From an uncultured Alphaproteobacteria bacterium (lineage in GTDB: Bacteria > Pseudomonadota > Alphaproteobacteria > UBA8366 > GCA-2717185), in NCBI GenBank assembly GCA_943788635.1, contig CALSRA010000028.1, forward strand, positions 38,520 through 102,519: DNA of 64,000 nucleotides. Direction: 5' to 3'. The first letter of the stretch is position 1. Each line of letters begins with the position of its first letter. This document shows positions 61,785 through 64,000 of the stretch, piece after piece. The notes below the pieces were generated by a model. The model was not told the DNA's origin. It saw only the letters and a list, made by a program, of their open reading frames with translations, and searched no databases. Both the position numbers and the translations under genes were made by a program.

Positions 61785-63036
61785 ATGAGCGTGCCTGAAG
61801 CGGTTCACGTCGTCCGGCAGGCGCTTGAAAAAGGAAATATCGGCCGGGCGGATATTTTGAGCCGCCATATGCTGGAAGCGATACCGGATAGCCCCTGGCC
61901 GCCATTGCTGCTTGCCGAGGTCGCGCTGCGGGTGGGGCGACGTTGCGTCGGCCCGTCGCTGGAATGCCGAAGCATCACGGGCGCTCATCCTGCGGGATAA
62001 TGGCTCGTTTCCCGAAGCGGAAGCGGAACTGCGGCGGCTGGACGTTGCACTGGATAAAGCCGTTCCGCCGCTCCGTCAGGGCGGTTTTCTGCTGATCAAA
62101 TGCTGGGGTTACGGCCTGTGGTCCGATGTCGAACATGTGCTGTCATCGTTGCTTCTGGCGGAGATGACGGACCGGGTTCCGATTGTCCATTGGGGCGACA
62201 ACAGTTTCTACATTGACGACGGAACCGATGATGCGTTCGGGTCATTGTTCGAGGCGATAGCGCCGCTGACATTGGCGAAACTGGCCGCTGAAGAGGGGGA
62301 TATCTATCCGCCGAAATATCGCCGGAATAATCTCGACGAGGTTGGGTTGAATATCTGGGATGGGCCGTATTCGCGCCTGTCTGGGCTTTACCTGCTGAAC
62401 CGCCCGGAGCGGATCGTCGTCAGCGATTTCTTTACCCAGGTTGCCGAATTGCTGCCCTGGTTATCCCCCGGACATTGGTTGCACGGAAAACCGGTGCTGA
62501 CGGCCATCCGCCTGCTGCACGAAAAGTATCTGGCCCCCGCGCCGGATATCCGAAACCAGATAGATGGTTTCGTTACTCAACACTTTGAAAGCCGGCCGGT
62601 GCTGGGCGTGCATGTCCGAAACGTGGACAAGGCGCTCGAAGACCCGGCCTTTGCGGAAGAGAACCACGCGATCCCGGCTATGGTTAACAAGCATATGACC
62701 GAAGCCGCGCAGCTACGCTTGTTTCTCATGACGGATTCCGCGCAGGTGATCGAAACCTATAGGGCCCGGTACGGCGAGCGGGTTTTTCATACGGATTGTG
62801 CCCGGGCGAACAATCTCGTGCCGCTGACATGGCGTGACACGGCCGACAGGCGACAGCTTGGCGTCGAGGTTATCCTGGATACCTATATCGCCGCCGCCTG
62901 CGACTATTTCATCGGGCATGGTGGGTCGAATGTCGCCTGCATGGTTGCCTGTTTGAAACAATGGAAACCGGGAACAATTCAATTGATCAGAGACAACATA
63001 AAGACCCGTCGAAACTGGCTGCTACACGATTGGTAG
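61785..63036 (+). pseudogene. N-terminal TPR-like segment fused to a NodZ/fucosyltransferase-like (GT23-type) glycosyltransferase, +1 frameshift
   Basis: MSVPEAVHVVRQALEKGNIGRADILSRHMLEAIPDSPWPPLLLAEVALRVG joins DVASARRWNAEASRALIL... at the G4 run 61934-61937. The C-terminal part ...VLGVHVRNVDK..., ...LFLMTDSAQVIETY... and ...DYFIGHGGSNVACMVA resembles NodZ-type transferases (weak call). Confidence 0.45.
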
Positions 63037-63040
63037 CGGA

Positions 63041-63444
63041 CTATTCCTTTGCGCTGCTGCCATACAATGCGGACGGGTCCACTTCGACGTTGGCGATGGT
63101 GACGAGTTCACCGTCGCGCACTGCCTGGAAAAAGCAGTTTCGTCGCCCGGTATGGCAGGCGACGCCTTTCTGGTCGACCAGCAGCAGCAAGGGTATCGCC
63201 GTCGCAATCAATGCGCATTTCGACGAGGTGCTGTCTCTGGCCCGAACTTTCGCCCTTTCGCCAGAGCGACTGCCGCGACCGCGACCAGTAACAGACCTTC
63301 TTGGTGTCCAGGGTCTCGGTGACGGAATCGACATTCATCCAGGCTACCATCAGAACTTCGCCGGTATCATGCTGTTGTGCGATAGCGGGGACCAGGGCCG
63401 TTGGAATCGAAGGTGATGGCGTCGAGGATGCTGTTTGTCGTCAT
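63041..63444 (-). pseudogene. hisI: phosphoribosyl-AMP cyclohydrolase HisI, two +1 frameshifts
   Basis: [16 protein letters not shown] joins [69 protein letters not shown], which joins [20 protein letters not shown].... The slips are at 63395-63397 and 63189-63190. Confidence 0.8.
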
Positions 63445-63458
63445 GATCGTTTCCGGTT

Positions 63459-64000
63459 TCAGGCAGCGCTGTATCGGTCGAGGCCGGCAGACAGGTCTGC
63501 GATTAGGTCGTCAACATCTTCCAACCCGACATGGATGCGCATCGTCTGGCCGCCGGGCTCCCAGGTTGTGGCGGGTCCGGTTGCTTGCCGGTGAATTGGG
63601 AAGCAGCAGGCTTTCATAGCCGCCCCAACTGGCGCCCATTCCGTAGAATTTGAGCGTATCCAGCAAGGCCGACAGTTTCGCGCGTGACGGATCTTTCAGG
63701 ACGAAGCCGAACAAGCCGCTGGCGCCCGTAAAATCACGCTTCCACAAAGCATGGCCCGGATCGTCGGGCAGGCCGGGATGCATGACCTTGATGACTTCGG
63801 GATGCGCGTTCAGCCAATTGGCCATTTTCAGGCCGTTATCGTTGTGCCGATCCATGCGCACGCCGATGGTCCGCAAGCCGCGCAGGGCGAGGTAGACATC
63901 GTCCGGACCGGCGCAAAGCCCGTAACTTCCGGCTGCGTCTTTCACCTGTGCAAAGGTTTTTTTCGTTACAGGCAATCGTTCCCATCATGACGTCGGAATG
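63459..64000 (-). pseudogene. metC: cystathionine beta-lyase-type PLP enzyme (MetC-like), C-terminal part in the window, two +1 frameshifts
   Basis: HSDVMMGTIACNEK joins TFAQVKDAAGSYGLCAGPDDVYLALRGLRT...GASWGGYESLLLP, which joins IHRQATGPATTWEPGGQTMRIHVGLEDVDDLIADLSAGL.... The slips are in the T7 run 63957-63963 and at TT 63596-63597. The gene continues beyond 64000. Confidence 0.7.

Noticed and set aside
6570-63963. I considered whether the +1 frameshift sites are programmed ribosomal frameshifts or are rescued by transcriptional slippage.
   Set aside because: The sites share no slippery heptamer, stimulatory stop codon or downstream structure. Most runs are only 2-4 nt long, and only the T7/A7 run in metC approaches the length at which slippage rescue is known. 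Nineteen independent programmed events in unrelated genes is implausible.
1-64000. I searched the whole window for CRISPR arrays, tRNA or rRNA genes, integrons and prophage modules.
   Set aside because: I saw no regularly spaced short repeats, no cloverleaf-compatible conserved tRNA boxes in the intergenic regions I inspected, and no integrase, phage structural or attC-like elements. The only repeats found are IS-derived.

Overview
The window is a chromosomal segment that looks alphaproteobacterial and Rhodospirillales-like. The evidence is a fliX gene divergent from flgI, a GTTC-N7-GTTC LexA box, a TTAA-N7-TTAAC CtrA-type box and sigma-54 flagellar promoters. Four things dominate it. (1) IS scarring is heavy. 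Two near-identical inverted IS21-family copies lie at 637..4641 and 25675..28283. The first carries a nested IS256-family element with a 9-bp target duplication. A second IS21-family element is present as a full copy (32278..34818) and as a 512-bp stump (4642..5153). Every IS junction abuts a different truncated host gene, and no junction pair shares a target-site duplication. (2) A flagellar and chemotaxis region runs from 5.1 to 25.7 kb: flgL-K-N-J-I, fliX, dksA, flgH-A-G-F, fliL, fliM, a motE-like gene, cheY, cheZ, MotB-like genes and a giant AMIN/TPR protein. (3) A housekeeping block holds gltA, gltX, comEC, lexA, moeA, moaC, trpCDG, hisI and metC. (4) A roughly 13-kb glycan island (49.7-63.0 kb) combines a GDP-heptose-type activation set (gmhB, hddA-like, hddC-like) with a ColD-type PMP/PLP 3-dehydratase, a split E1alpha/E1beta TPP enzyme, a B12-binding radical SAM enzyme, an SDR and several glycosyltransferases. 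I cannot match this gene combination to any described pathway, and it is my best candidate for a novel system. The most striking sequence-level signal is gene disruption. I found 19 frameshifts, all +1 and all duplications of the adjacent base, plus 5 in-frame nonsense codons consistent with GC->AT transitions. They concentrate in motility-accessory, chemotaxis, amino-acid-biosynthesis and glycan genes. None occurs in the IS elements, the flg structural genes or the core housekeeping genes. From sequence alone I cannot tell whether this is real genome decay or an assembly artefact, and I say so in the findings. I recognised no rRNA, tRNA or CRISPR array. All family assignments come from reading the motifs in the translated ORFs, and no database search was possible.
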